This document shows, in pieces, positions 29,501-42,890 of a stretch of DNA of 64,000 nt. Origin of the DNA: the human T2T-CHM13v2.0 reference genome, Homo sapiens; the NCBI RefSeq assembly GCF_009914755.1, contig NC_060947.1; one strand, given 5' to 3'. Made by a program: the position numbers and the translations under genes. Numbering within the stretch: position 1 is the stretch's first letter; each line of letters begins with the position of its first letter. A model generated the notes under the pieces. That model was not told the origin of the DNA. It saw only the letters and a program-made list of their open reading frames with translations, and made no database searches.

Positions 29501-30467
29501 GAAAATCAAAAAATATACAATGGATACACAAACAAATAAAAAGGAAGAAATAAAATTATACAATCACAGAAAATCACATTCACTAAAAGAAAGACAGGAA
29601 GGAAGGAGAAAACCAGAAACAACCAGAAAACAAATAACAAAATAGCAGAAGTAAGTCCAAACATATCAATAATAACATTGAATGTAAATTGAATAAACTC
29701 TTCAATCAGAAGACAGAATTTCTGAACAGATAAAGAAATAAGACTCAATGACCCATTGATTACAGGAAACACACTTCACATATAAATATACACATAGACT
29801 GAAAATAAAAAGATGGAAAAAGATATTCCATGGCAATGGGAACCAAAAATGAACAGCAGTAGCTAAACTCATATTAGACAAAATAGATTTCAAGACAAAA
29901 ACTATAAGAAGAGACAAAGGAGGTCATTATATAATGATAAAGGGATCAATTCAGCAAGGCAATATAATAATTGTAAATAGACATGCACCCAACACTGGAG
30001 CACCGAGATAAATGAAGCAAATATTATTAGAGCTAAAGAGAGAAATAGGTCCCAGTAAAATAATACCTAGAAAAGTCAACATCCCACGTTCAGCATTGAA
30101 CAGATTATTTTAGACAGAAAATCAACAAAGAAACATTGGATTTAATCTGCACTATAGACCAAATGGATCTAATAGATATTTACAGACCATTTCATCTAAT
30201 GGCTGCAGAATACACATTCTTTTTCTTAAGACATGGATCATTTTCAAGGACAGACCATGTATTAGGCTACAATACAGGTCTTAAAACTTTCAAAAAAATT
30301 AAAATAACATCAAGCATCTTCTCCGACCCCAGTGGAATAAAACTAGAAATCGATAACAAGAGAAATTTTGGAAACTATATGAACACATGAAAATTAAACA
30401 ATATGATCCTGAAAGACCAGTGGGTCAATGAAGAAATTAAGAAGGAAATTGAAAAAAATTTTTAAAC
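26522..30467 (+). mobile_element. L1MA-type element: complete 5' UTR, internally deleted ORF1, ORF2 EN region, no 3' part
   Basis: 5' end 'ggggtggagcaaagtggtaaaatagaaag'; ORF1 pieces (YPGKISFKHEGEIKTFPDKQKL); EN pieces (MDLIDIYRPFH...FSRTDH...FSDPSGIKLEI); similarity stops at ~30467. Confidence 0.92.
26608..26802 (+). repeat. Local direct duplication of 25557-25751 (195 bp, offset 1051) inserted into the L1 5' UTR
   Basis: About 15 mismatches by eye; L1 sequence resumes after it (…cacaaaaaaagc | insert | ccttcataagaa…). Confidence 0.95.
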
Positions 30468-31368
30468 TGATCTATGAAAATCTCCGTGGAGGAGCCAATA
30501 GAGAATTGATTAGTAATGTATGAAGTACATCTTTTGAGGTATGAATATTATCCTTGAAATTCTACTGTGAAGACAATAATGTTGTTGATGATAAAGATTC
30601 ATAGAAGCTAAGTTGAAAAAATTCCCACAGGTTAAAAGATTTCTTTATGACCAAAGCCAACTTTGCAGCACATTTTAACTCCCCACTCCAAAACAAGACA
30701 GAGGAACAGCACAAGCTGAGTTGGCTTTGTTCTTCAAATTACTGTAACTAATTGACCCATCTGGGCTGCCTAACCTTATATGATAACCTTTTTGAGGGCA
30801 CAGATCCTGAATTATTTCCATTAAGTTTCAAGATACTTGTGTCTGGCTACTCAAGTCTATTTCGACAACATATGAAGTAGAACTGTTAGTACTGTAATTC
30901 CATCCAATTTTCTATTCTCATATTTTTGGTTGGTTGTGGGAAAACATTGAGAGTTAGAAAAAAAAATTGATTCCCCTTTTCTGAAACAATCTTATTTATA
31001 GCTAAGATTGAAATTTATTGGTCCACAGTCCTAAACTTGTGCGTATTTTGATCTTTTTCTTTCTTTGTAATTGAATGCTTTGTGTTGAGCTACAGTCAAC
31101 ATTTCAAGGAAGCTTTTTTATCATTGTAAATTGACAAATTATAATTATATACATTTATTTGCAAAAAGCTTTAAAAACATCATCAGGGATGTAAAATATG
31201 TATAGAATTATTTACATTTACACTGATATCCCCTTCTGTAATGTTTAAAAATGAGATGGCTTACATAAATATTCTACTACACTAATTTAAATAAACTCCC
31301 CAAACACCTTACATTTCCAACCACTACAAAATGCATGAAAGTAAAATTATACCAAGATGCCTCCAAGT

Positions 31369-31394
31369 AAAAAAAAAAAAAAAAAAAAAAAAAA
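31369..31394 (+). repeat. Poly(A) run (~26 nt)
   Basis: Uninterrupted A tract with no SINE body. Confidence 0.9.
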
Positions 31395-32097
31395 GAATGC
31401 AAAAATAAACTCACATCGCCAAACCTTTAAAAGTTCAGTTTGTCTTTGGCAAGGGATTTGGGTGAAAAGTCAGCTATTTAATCTGAATTAGCTCACTCAT
31501 CTCATTTTGCCATAAACAGTATATGGGGGCATGCCAAATATGTATTAATATAGCAAAAGGAACAGGAAGATAAGGAAGAATAATTATTTTGTTTACATGA
31601 AACTATTCTGGCCCCAAGACCAAAAACACAAAGAAAGGAACGGAAGTCTGACCTATGGCTAATAACTATTTATTTGTGATCATAATCAGCTTCTTGTCCT
31701 CTTGTTTCTATGAATATAGTACTTAAGCTGTTATACAATTACTGTGATGCTCATTAAGATACCATTTACTTTTATTACTATTTTAAATCAATCCTTTGCT
31801 AATTTAAGTAAAGGGCTTTGGTAGCCAAATGAACTTAAATTAAAATCTATACATCATGGGAAATGCATGACTTAAAGAAAGACTCCAAATGTGTTACTAA
31901 TGGCCTCTCCAGACCCAAGAACTATTGCTCCTCACCAAGCACTCATATGTGACATGATCATTGATCATTGAGCCATACAAAAAATAGTATAAGGTTTACC
32001 GTGGTCAGCAGTGTAACAGTCGTCTACAAATATTTGTTCCAACACTGCTTTTCCTTTCAGTAGCTTGTCTAATGATGCTGTTGAAATATTTCACATG

Positions 32098-32414
32098 GGC
32101 CGGGTGTGGTGTCTCACACCTGTAATCTCAACACTTTGGGAGGCCGAGGTGGGTGGATCACAAGGTCAGGAGTTCAAGACCAGCCTGGCCAACATGGTGA
32201 AACCCTATCTCTACTAAAAATACAAAAATTAGCCAGGCACGGTGGCAGGCACCTGTAATCCCAGCTACTTGAGAGGCTGAGGCAGGAGAATTGCTTGAAA
32301 CCGGGTGGCAGAGATTGCAGTGAGCCGAATCGCACCACCGCACTCCAGCCTGGGCGACAGAGTGAGACTTTGTCAAAAAAAAAAAAAAAAAAAAAAAAAG
32401 ATAAAGAAAAAAAG
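32098..32414 (+). mobile_element. Alu (AluS, Sg-like)
   Basis: Full dimer with long A tail; TSD aatatttcacatg (32085-32097 / 32415-32427). Confidence 0.97.
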
Positions 32415-32549
32415 AATATTTCACATGTTGCACTATAGATGGAAATATTTTTAGTAACGTAATGAGGCTTTAATAGAAAAAGTGACATTTTCAACTTGTG
32501 ACTCTAAACACTGACTGGAACTCATATATTCAGAGAATTTGCAATTAAC

Positions 32550-32785
32550 TAGAACAACAACACTTAATACTGAATGTTACTTTGTTCTAGGCAGAGCTAC
32601 AAGCTTTACACAAATGATTAAGCCTCACAGTACTTCTATGAGATAGATACTATTATTATTCCTACTTTGAGATAAGGAAACTGAAGCCCAAGAACCCAGG
32701 TCTTCAGAACTTCCCAGTTGCAAACTCTCATTTGGAATAGGCCTTTTTTCCCCCACTAGAGCCCTTGACTTTTAATCACAACTTC
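32550..32785 (-). mobile_element. MIR SINE
   Basis: 'ctatgagatagatactattattattcctactttgagataaggaaactgaag'. Confidence 0.7.
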
Positions 32786-33379
32786 ACTAAACTGGTTAAT
32801 TGTGAAAATCAAGTGGCAGTGAGGGCATTTGTAACTTAAGTTTTACTGTTTTTTATACATATTCTTGTATACAACATGAAATGAATACAAGATTTATTCA
32901 CAAAGTGACAGGCAGATACTTGGATATGTCCACTGAACAGGACAGTCAATTCAGTCACAGTAGCCGATCTAGCAACTGGTGGAAAGAAGAATTCTAAGAC
33001 TTCACAGAAATGTTACTATAATTATTCAATAGCTTTTGAGTGGTAAAAATACTGTACTGATTAGCTTTTCATGAGGCAAAATTGCTATTTCTTTTTTGCG
33101 TAAAATACTCATGCCACCATTTGGGGTAGGGGGCGTGTCGTACTTAGGTAAGCACTACAGATAGGTCTCAGCAGAGAAAATCTTTTTGAGGACAACTATC
33201 GTAATTTCAGTATGAGAATCAAATATGATAAAGAATGTGCTCATCTGGATGTTTTGCTTTCAAGTATTTATCTGGAAAAAAATGTTGATTACTCTATAAT
33301 CATGTAGTGCCCTCTGTGTTTGCTTTCTAATTACCCTGTATTTCTGCTACTACATGACTCATCCTTATCTTGTATTTAA

Positions 33380-33530
33380 TTGCCTATGAATTTGCCCATT
33401 CTATCATGGTACAATGCAAACTTCATGGAAGCAGAGCATTGTCATTCGTGCTTACAATGCTATTTTCGGAAGCTGTCATGGTGCCTTGAACAGAGTAATC
33501 ACTTAGTACTTTCTAAACGAATAAATGAGA
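33380..33530 (+). mobile_element. L2 3'-end fragment
   Basis: 'aatgcaaacttcatggaagcagag...gtgccttgaacagagtaatcacttagta...gaataaatga'. Confidence 0.6.
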
Positions 33531-33627
33531 TCGCAAACACATAGTTGAGTTGCTTTTGAGTAGAGAGTGTTTTTCACCTAGAGTTGACACCAAAAGGGTA
33601 GAAAATGGAGTGACATGAGCAAAACCC

Positions 33628-34240
<613 letters not shown>

Positions 34241-37200
34241 GAGGACAGATCATCAAAAGGTTTAGACTCTTTATAGGCCTGAGGGTCAAATGATATGTTT
34301 AGAGTCAGAAAGATGAGCTGGGCAAATGATCACTTAGTATGTGTTAGGCACTGAACTAAGAGATTACATGCATTATCTCATGTCTAAGAAGAGCAGCTGT
34401 GGGATGCTACTTATGATGAGGCAGTCATGTAGGGATGGAAAGCAGAGCATCGGCCTAGGTTCAGTGTGGTACCTTTTGAGTTCCTCAAATATCACCTTTT
34501 CAATTTCTTTTGTATTCCCAGTCTGACTCAGCCTGTGGTTCTGGTGCTCAGTAAAAGTACGAGTTCTGTATCTACACTAAGCATTTGAGGGAATATTGGA
34601 AAATATTTGCATACTTCGATATTTTCAAATATTGAGATTTGGCAAGCATAGACACAGCCAGAGGCTCAAGATCTGTCAAGATTTAGGGCCTTGGTAAGCA
34701 TTTACTGTACAATTAGAACTTATTTGCTCAAATGCTGACATCTATTCTTAAGAAAATTCTCTATGTAGGAAAGAGAACAGATGAAAAAGCAGGCAACATA
34801 GCTTTTCTCTGAATTTTATAGGTTACTACTTGCTTAGAATAATGATTAATTCAGGACAATAGAATTATACATTATATCTAGGATTCACACTTTTCTCTAT
34901 GTGTAAAATTTTGCAGCATGGAACTTCACGGCAAGGGAAATAAAACTCCAAACTACAAGACACATACATAAAATCAGGTTTTAATACAATATTCACTACT
35001 GCTCTGGGGTTGTGTCATCAGCCCACTATCTGTGTCTTTGTCATCTTTTCTTTCTTGTTCTGCACAAGGTCACATATTAGATCACACTCTCATGTTCTTT
35101 CTGTATGTTGTACATCCATCTTTGTAACTCTAAGTTCACATATGAGTCTGTCTATAGGATAAACTCCAATTCCAAGCAGAATTGCTGGGCCATTGAGTAC
35201 ATGCAACTTGTAGGGATATTTGCCTTCTTGCCCCTTTTACCCAGGTGAGTAGACATCTTCTGTTTTATTTCTAAATGTGCAAACCCCTAAATTCTCATGG
35301 GAAACATTCCGTGGGGCTTACATAAAGCCTTTGTTTCCATTTCTTATCATGTTTAAAAGTTATGTAATTATTTTATTTACTTTCATTATACAGTCATATG
35401 TACTTTTACTGAATTGTATAATGGTGATTGTATACATGCTGTGGTTATGCAGTCCTCTTGTTTGTTCTCTTTTGATTTTCTTCTGCTGCTTTCATTGCCA
35501 TCATTAATAACTCCCTCTTTCAGCATCCCCTTTAACACATCCTACTGTCTTCACAATTTACTTTGTAGTGTGTGTTTTTTCCTTCTTTTCATTATTTTTT
35601 TCCTCATCCCTACTCACTTCCCCATATTCCTCCTCCTTCTCTGCTAGAACAAAACATCTTCCAAAGGAGTGTTGCCTCTTGCTACTATAGTTTGTCCCAG
35701 GCCCTGCTTCCAGTTAAGTATGCTCTTCTTTATCAACCATTGCATATATATTATGTATCTCTTATGTATCTTGCACCATGCTAACCATTGTGAAATACAC
35801 ATGTAACTTGTTTCAGCAGTCTTCACAGAGTGGGGTGCAAATGTCAAACATTTTTGTTACTTTCCTATCCATGATTTCGTTATATTCAGTGGGAAGTTCC
35901 TTTTCTACAAAGTAATTTATTGCAAATTATATAAAATTTTATGTGCATTTTTGTTGATTAACAAAATTCAGCCCAGCCCAATTCAGTTTAACTCCCCAAT
36001 CTCATGTCTCCATAAAATTTTCCCCTCACCCATTACTGGTTAACCTTGTGCTTGGGAGATATAAAGAGGGAAAAGAAACGATATGGTTGAGAGGAGAGCA
36101 GAGATGAGGTGGGATTCCCATAAGGCCTAAACTTGTCTAGTCTGGGTCTGAGAGGGAAATAGGAAAGATAGTGGGTTTCTTCATACACAACTGGTCATCT
36201 ATTGTTGATAAAGAGTCCTCTCTGGATTTGCTCTGGCTTTATATGTTCTTATCTCCTACTGGCAGCCTTCAATAATGCAGTGGTTCACATAGAGGATTGG
36301 TGTCATTTTCTTGGGGTAATGTTTAGCCTTATTTTAGCTTCTTTCATTAATGAGGAGCCTCTTAAAAAATATCCTGTTTATGGTGCACACCATTAACTTC
36401 TTCTCTGGCCACAGCATTGCATCTCTTGTCTCTCTGTCTCCTTCTATAATCTTGGTTTCCCTCACGATGAGCCTTGGGAACTGCTGAAGTCCTCTTCCAT
36501 TTCCTCAAGGATTGAAGGGCTAGCCTCTTTTCTGGCAGACTTCATGGTGTTTTACTATTTATCTGCTGCCAACTACTTATGAAAACCTATCACTTTCAGA
36601 AATCTCTGGAAGATAAGCAGACAACACGTATGTATTTATGTATACTTCAATTCATAGAGAAATATATCAAGCTCTCCCAAGAATTATCTCACCAAGGTCC
36701 ACCAATTTTCATGGATGCGTAGAGATGGGTCTGTAGTTTATAGCTTGACAAGTATCCAGCTAGGAAATGAAACACCAACCTTACTTTCTTTCAGGGAGAT
36801 CCTATTCTCCTGGTTCTTCCCTCCACTTAACTTTGGGAAGGGGTGTCCCCTACCCTTTCCTACATAGGGAGGGAAAAAAGTCTTCTCGTTGTAAACTGGC
36901 AGTTTTGACAATAATAATAATTTACTATCCTCTCCCTTCCCCTTAACTCCATAAATTGGGCAGGGAGTCAGGGCTTGGGGCAGTGGCTAGTGCTTTCACT
37001 GTCAGTTCTTCCACCTTTTGTAGGTCTTTATAAAAGTTTCTAGGGGAGATGCCAAGATGGTTGACTAGAAGCAACTAGTGTGTGCTGCTCTCACAGAGAG
37101 GAGCTAGAGTGAACAGTAAACCATAGCGCTTCAAATAGATTATCCAGGGGGACATATTGGGATTCATTAAGGAAGTAACACAACCCACAGGAAGTAGAGA

Positions 37201-38084
37201 GGAGCCAAGGGAAGCTCCCACCATGGGGAAATGGTGAGCAAGCAAGATCTCCCAGGGATGTACACTTCTGCCATAGACCTTTGTGATCCTGGGGATAGGA
37301 GATCCTCCCTGGCCCGTTTCCCCTGGGTCTCCAGACTGACATGGAGAGTGGTGTGGTGTCTAGGCAGAGCTGTCACTCACACTAATGTGTGGCCCCAAGT
37401 GTCCTAGACCCCTGAGCACCCTACGCCAGTTTCTGTAGCTTCACCAACAAGAGAGGCCACAATCTCTCATACACTCTCAGGATAGGTGCTGCATCTATGG
37501 TGCTGAGATGCAGATGAACAGCTGGCCTTGCCTCCATTATACCTCACCAGGCAAAGCCAAATGGCCTGGGAGGACTCCAGTGCAGCCATCCCAGCCCTGT
37601 ATGAGCAGTCAGGCCAGTCATAACTCTGCATTTCTCTAGGATAGAGCTCCCAGAGGTTACTGACTGGCCTGCAGCTTTTGCTGCTGCCACAGCTCCCACC
37701 CCTTCTGCCTTCAGTCTGGGGTGAAGAGCCCAATATCTATCACAGGCCTCCAGCACATCACAGCTGCCTTGTGGAAAGGTGGCCAGACTGTTTCCACGTG
37801 CGTACCGGCCCCGGCTATTCCTCACTGGGCAGGTCCTCCTAACTTGGGCCCCCAGCATGGCTACTCTGCTCCCACCTGATCACTTCAGTCAGTGGTGACT
37901 CTGCAATTTTCTGGGCAGAAAAATCCAAGAGACAACCCAGAGGCTTTTCTGCCATTGCCACTGCAGTGGTATTGCCCATATTGCCTTTGGGCTGGGGAAA
38001 GAATAAGGACACCGATTGCTTTGTTGAACCTCCATCATGCTTCAGCCATATGGAGAGGAGCCCAGTCTCTCTTCTCTGTGACCC

Positions 38085-38464
38085 TAATGTGGTTTGGATT
38101 TGTGTCCCTGCTGAAATCTCATGTTGAATTGTAATTTCTATTGTTGGAGCTGGGGCCTGGTTGGAGGTAAATGGATCATAGGGGCAAATTTCCCCCTTTG
38201 GTACTGTTCTCATGATAGAGTTTTCATGAGATCTGGTTGTTTAAAAGTGTGTGGCACCTCCCCCTTCTCTTTCTTGCTCCTGCTCCTGGCCATGTGAAGT
38301 TCCAGCTACCACTTCACCTTCCACCATAATTGTGAGTTTCCTGAGGCCTCCCCAGCCATGCTTCCTGTACAGCCTGCAGAACCGTGAACCAATTAAACCT
38401 CTTTCTTTATAAAGTATCCAGTTTCAGTTATTTCTTTATAGCAGTGTGAGAATGGACTAATACA
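38085..38464 (+). mobile_element. MaLR solo LTR (MSTA/MSTB-like) in the L1 5' UTR
   Basis: MST motifs; ends 'gaatggactaataca'; 5-bp TSD gaccc (38080-38084 / 38465-38469). Confidence 0.93.
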
Positions 38465-39767
38465 GACCCTCTTACCCCTTGCTTTTCATCAGGCAGGGCC
38501 CCTGGCATGGGAAAAGTGCAGCCATCCTACTCCCAGTAGAACTTTGTATTGGCAGTGGCTCTGTGTCTTTCCAGGATGAACTTCCCAGAAGCAACTGACA
38601 GCCCCTTTGTCACTGCCACTACAGTGGTACCACCCCTGCTGCCCTTGGATTAGGGAAGGGACAAACAGCCTGAGTACTTTACTTGCACCCTCAGCACACA
38701 ACAACCACAACCACCATTTGGAGAGGAGGCCAGTCTCTCTTCATTGTGAGCCCCAGATCCCCTGCTCTTCACCAGGCATGTCCCCTGGTTTGGGCCCACA
38801 GTGCAGCTGCCCCACCTGAAGCTGAAAATTCCCATTGGCAGTGGCCCTGTATTTCTCTGGGGTGGAGTTCCAAGAGACAACTGACAGCCCATCTGCCACT
38901 GCAACTGCGGCAGTGCCATTCTTGTTGCCTTTGGGCTGGCAAAAAACAAACAAACAAAAAACCACAAAGGCACTGATCACTTTGCTGGCACCTCCAGTAC
39001 TCCAGTACACTGCAGTCACTGTACAGAGAAGAGGACAGATGATCTTCTCCTTTAGCTCCCCACCCCTCCACTCTTCACCAGGCAGCTGCCCCCTCCCTCC
39101 ATCTTGAGCCTGCAATGCAGCCAACTCACACCTGGCTTGTTGTTCTGATTGGCGGTGGCTCTGTGTTTCTCTGGGGTAGAGCCCCAAAACACAAGTGAAA
39201 GGCACTATGCCATTGCCACTGCCAAGGGTCTCCCTCCCATGCTGCCTCAAAGCTGAAGAGGAAACAAAAAGCCTGAATTCCCACCAGGGCTGCACTGTGC
39301 AACCCAGGAATGTCAAGTTGATATCTGTGGCCAGCACTTGAGTGGGAGAGATGCCCACACTCTCACAGCAATGAGAAGGAGCATGGCTGCAAACGTGAGG
39401 AAATACAGAGGAGCCGTGTGGCCGAGTAAGAGCCTATCTGCCAGCCATTATGCTTAAGTACAATCTACTGGATGACAACCCAAACTTCAACACCAAAAAT
39501 ACTTTGCTAATATACCCCTCTGTGAAACCAAGGACAAGAATTCAGCCACAAATAAAGATGCTGCACAAAGTCTCAGCCTTCTGAAAACATGCAGAAACAA
39601 AGCTGACTATACTCAAATTACATATACCACAGTTAAAGGTACATCAGCCCACACGGATGAGAAAGAACCAGTGCAAAAATTCTGGCAACTCTAAAAGCCA
39701 GAGCGTCTCCTTGCATCCAAAGGACCATACTAGCTCCCCAGCAATAGTTGTTAACAAGAAAAAAATA

Positions 39768-40037
39768 GGCCAGACATCATGGCTGGTAATCCCAGCACTT
39801 TGGGAGGCCGAGGCAGATGGATCGCAAAATCACAAAGTTAGGAGTTCAAGACCAGCCTGGCCAACATGGTGAAACCCTGTCTTGACTGAAAATATAAAAA
39901 TTAGCCGGGCATGGTGGTTCATGCCTGTAATCCCAGCTTGAACCTGGGAGGCAGAAGCTGCAATGAGCCAAGATTGCACCACTGTTCTCCAGCCTGGGTG
40001 ACAGAGCAAGATTCCATCTCGGAAAAAAAAAAAAAAG
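39768..40037 (+). mobile_element. Alu (AluS-like, small deletion in the right arm) in L1 ORF1
   Basis: Dimer with 'tgtaatcccagc|ttgaacc' junction; A tail; TSD-like aagaaaaaaata / aagacaaaata. Confidence 0.92.
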
Positions 40038-41595
40038 AAGACAAAATAAAATGACTGACATAGAAGTCAGAATCTGGATGGCAACAAAGATAATTCAGAT
40101 TCAGGAGGAAGTTGAAACCTATTTCAAGGAATATAAGGAATCCAGTAAAACTAATCAAGAGATAAAAGACAAAATAGATATTTTAAGAAAGAGCAAAACC
40201 AATCTGCTAGAGCTGAAAAACTCACTACAAGAATTTCCTAGCACAAGTAGAAATATCAAGAGCAGAATAGGCCATGATGAGGAATGAATCTCAGAGCCTG
40301 AAGACCAGTTCTTCAAATTAAAAGGCAGATGAAATTTTAAAAAAATTAAACAAATAACAAAACCTTGAATAAGTAAGGGATTACGTAAAGAGTTAAAACC
40401 TACAACTCATAAGCATTCCAGAGAGGGAGAGACAGCAAGCAACTTGGAAAATATTTGAGGATATTGTCTACAAAATTTGTCCAACCTTGCTAGTGAGGTT
40501 GATATTCAAATTCAGAAAATTCAGAGAATCCCTGCAACATACTATACAAGATAACCATCCCCAAAGCAAATAGTCATTAAATTCTCTATGGTCAATGTGA
40601 AAGAAAAAATACAAAAGGAAGCTAGAGAGAAGGGCCAGATCACCTAAAAAAGGGATCCCCAACAGGCTAACGGTGGAACTTTTAGCAGAAACCCTACAAG
40701 CCAAAAGAGACTGGGGCCTATAGTCAGCATCCTCAGGGAAAAGAAACTGCAATAATGAACTTTATATCCACCCAAACTAAGCTTCATAAGTGAAGGAGAA
40801 ATAAGATCCTTTTTAGACAAGCAAATGGTAAGATAATTTATTGCTAACAGACCTGCCTTACAAGAGGTCCTTAAAGGAGTGCTAAACATGGGAAAAAAAA
40901 TACTGTTACTAGACACCAAAAAAACACACTTAAGTACATTGACTATTGATACTATAAAGCATCTGGACAATCAAGTCTACATAACAGCTACCTAACAACA
41001 CATGACAGGATGAAATCTGCACATATAAATATTAACCTTGATTGTAAACAGGCTAAATGCCCCACTTAAAAGGCACAGAGTAGCAAGTTGGATAAAGAAG
41101 GAAGACCTAACTGTATGCTATCTTTGAGAGACCCATCTCACATGCAAGGATACCCATCAGCTCAAAGTAAAGGGATGGAGAAAGATCTATAAAGCAAATG
41201 GAAAGCAAAAAATAAAAAAGAAGGAGTTGATGTTCTTATTTCAGACAAAACAGACTTTAAACTAAACTGATCCAATAGGACAAAGCATAATATTATATGA
41301 TAATAAAGGGTTCAATTTAACAAGAAGACTTCACTATCCTAAATATGTATGTACTCAACACTGGAGTACCAAGATTCATAAAAGAAGTTCTTAGAGGCCT
41401 ATGAAGAGACTTAGATAAGCACAAAATAATAGTAGGAGAGTTCAACACTCTACTGACATTTTTTGGACAGACTACCAATGCAGAAAACTAATAAAGATAT
41501 TCAGGACCTGAACTCAACACTTGGCCACATGAACCTAACAGATATCTATAGAACCCTCCACCAAACAAGAACATAATATACATTATTCTCATCCG

Positions 41596-41989
41596 TGTCA
41601 GGCCTCTGAGCCCAAGCTAAGCCATATCCTCTGTGACCTGCACAGATACATCCAGATGGCCTGAAGGAACTGAAGCATGATAAAAGAAGTGAAAATGGCC
41701 TGTTCCTGCCTTAACTGATGACATTACCTTGTGAAATTCCTTTTCCTGGCTCATCCTGGCTCAAAAGCTACCCGACTGAGCACCTTGTGACCCCCACCCC
41801 TGCCCGCTGAGAGCAACCCCCTTTGACTGCAATTTTCCTTTACCTACCCAAATCTTATAAGACGGCCCCACCCCTATCGCCCTTTGCTGACTCTCTCTTC
41901 AGGCTCAGCCCACCTGCACCCAAGTGAAATAAACAGCCTTGTTGCTCACACAAAGCCTGTTTGGTGGTCTCTTCACACGGATGCGAGTG
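41596..41989 (+). promoter_or_regulatory. HERV-H 5' LTR (LTR7/LTR7B-like), last ~3 nt missing
   Basis: Starts tgtcaggcctctgagcccaagc; TATA-like ttataag at ~41855; AATAAA at ~41928. Confidence 0.92.
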
Positions 41990-42890
41990 GCGCTGAGTCT
42001 TTCTAATCTTCCTTTTCTACAGACCCATCTGACCTCTCCCCTCCTCCCCAGGCTGCTCCTCGCCAGGCCGAGCCAGGTCCCAATTCTTCCTCAGCCTCTG
42101 CTCCTCCACCCTATAAACCTTTTATCACCTCCCCTCCTCACACCCAGTCCAGCTTACAGTTTTGTTCAACGACTAGCCCTCCCCCACCTGCCCAGCAATT
42201 TCCTCTTAAAAAGGTGGCTGGAGCTAAAGGCATAGTCAAGGTTAATGCTCCTTTTTCTTTATCCAACCTCTCCCAAAATCAGTTAGCGTTTAGGCTCTTT
42301 TTCATCGAATATAAAAACCCAGACAAGTTCATGGCTCATTTGGCAGCAACTTTGAGACGCTTTACAGCCCTAGACCCTGAAAGGTCAGAAGGCCATCTTA
42401 TTCTCAATATGCATTTTATTACCCAATCTGCTCCCAACATTAAATAAAGCTCCAAAAATTAAATTCTGGCCCTCAAACCCCACAACAGGACTTAATTAAC
42501 CTCGCCTTCAAGGTATACAATAATAGATTAGAGACAGCCAAGTAGCAATGTATTTCTGAGTTGCAATTCCTTGCCTCCACTGTGAGACAAACCCCAGCCA
42601 CATCTCCAGCACACAAGAACTTCCAAACACCTAAACTGCAGTGGCCAGGCATTCCTCCAGGCCCGCCTCCCCCAGGAGCTTGCTACAAGTGCCGGAAATC
42701 TGGCCACTGGGCCAAGGAATGCCCGCAGCCCGGGATTCCTCCTAAGCAATGTCCCATCTGTGCAGGACCCCACTGAAAATCGGACTGTTCAACTCACCTG
42801 GCAGCCACTCCCGGAGCCCCTGGAACTCTGGCCCAAGGCTCTCTGACTGACTCCTTCTCAGATCTTCTTGGCTTAGTGGCTGAAGACTGA
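41990..42890 (+). pseudogene. gag: HERV-H gag remnant with a nucleocapsid zinc knuckle
   Basis: ORF 42561-42776 contains CYKCRKSGHWAKEC (CCHC) and the start of a second knuckle CPICAGPH. Confidence 0.9.

Noticed and set aside
31369-31394. Orphan poly(A) as the tail of a processed pseudogene
   Set aside because: No upstream ORF or recognisable transcript body, and no convincing TSD.
37600-39360. GC-richer region with repeated modules and many 70-205 aa ORFs
   Set aside because: This is the internally repetitive 5' UTR of an L1PA15/16-type element; the ORFs have no recognisable domains.
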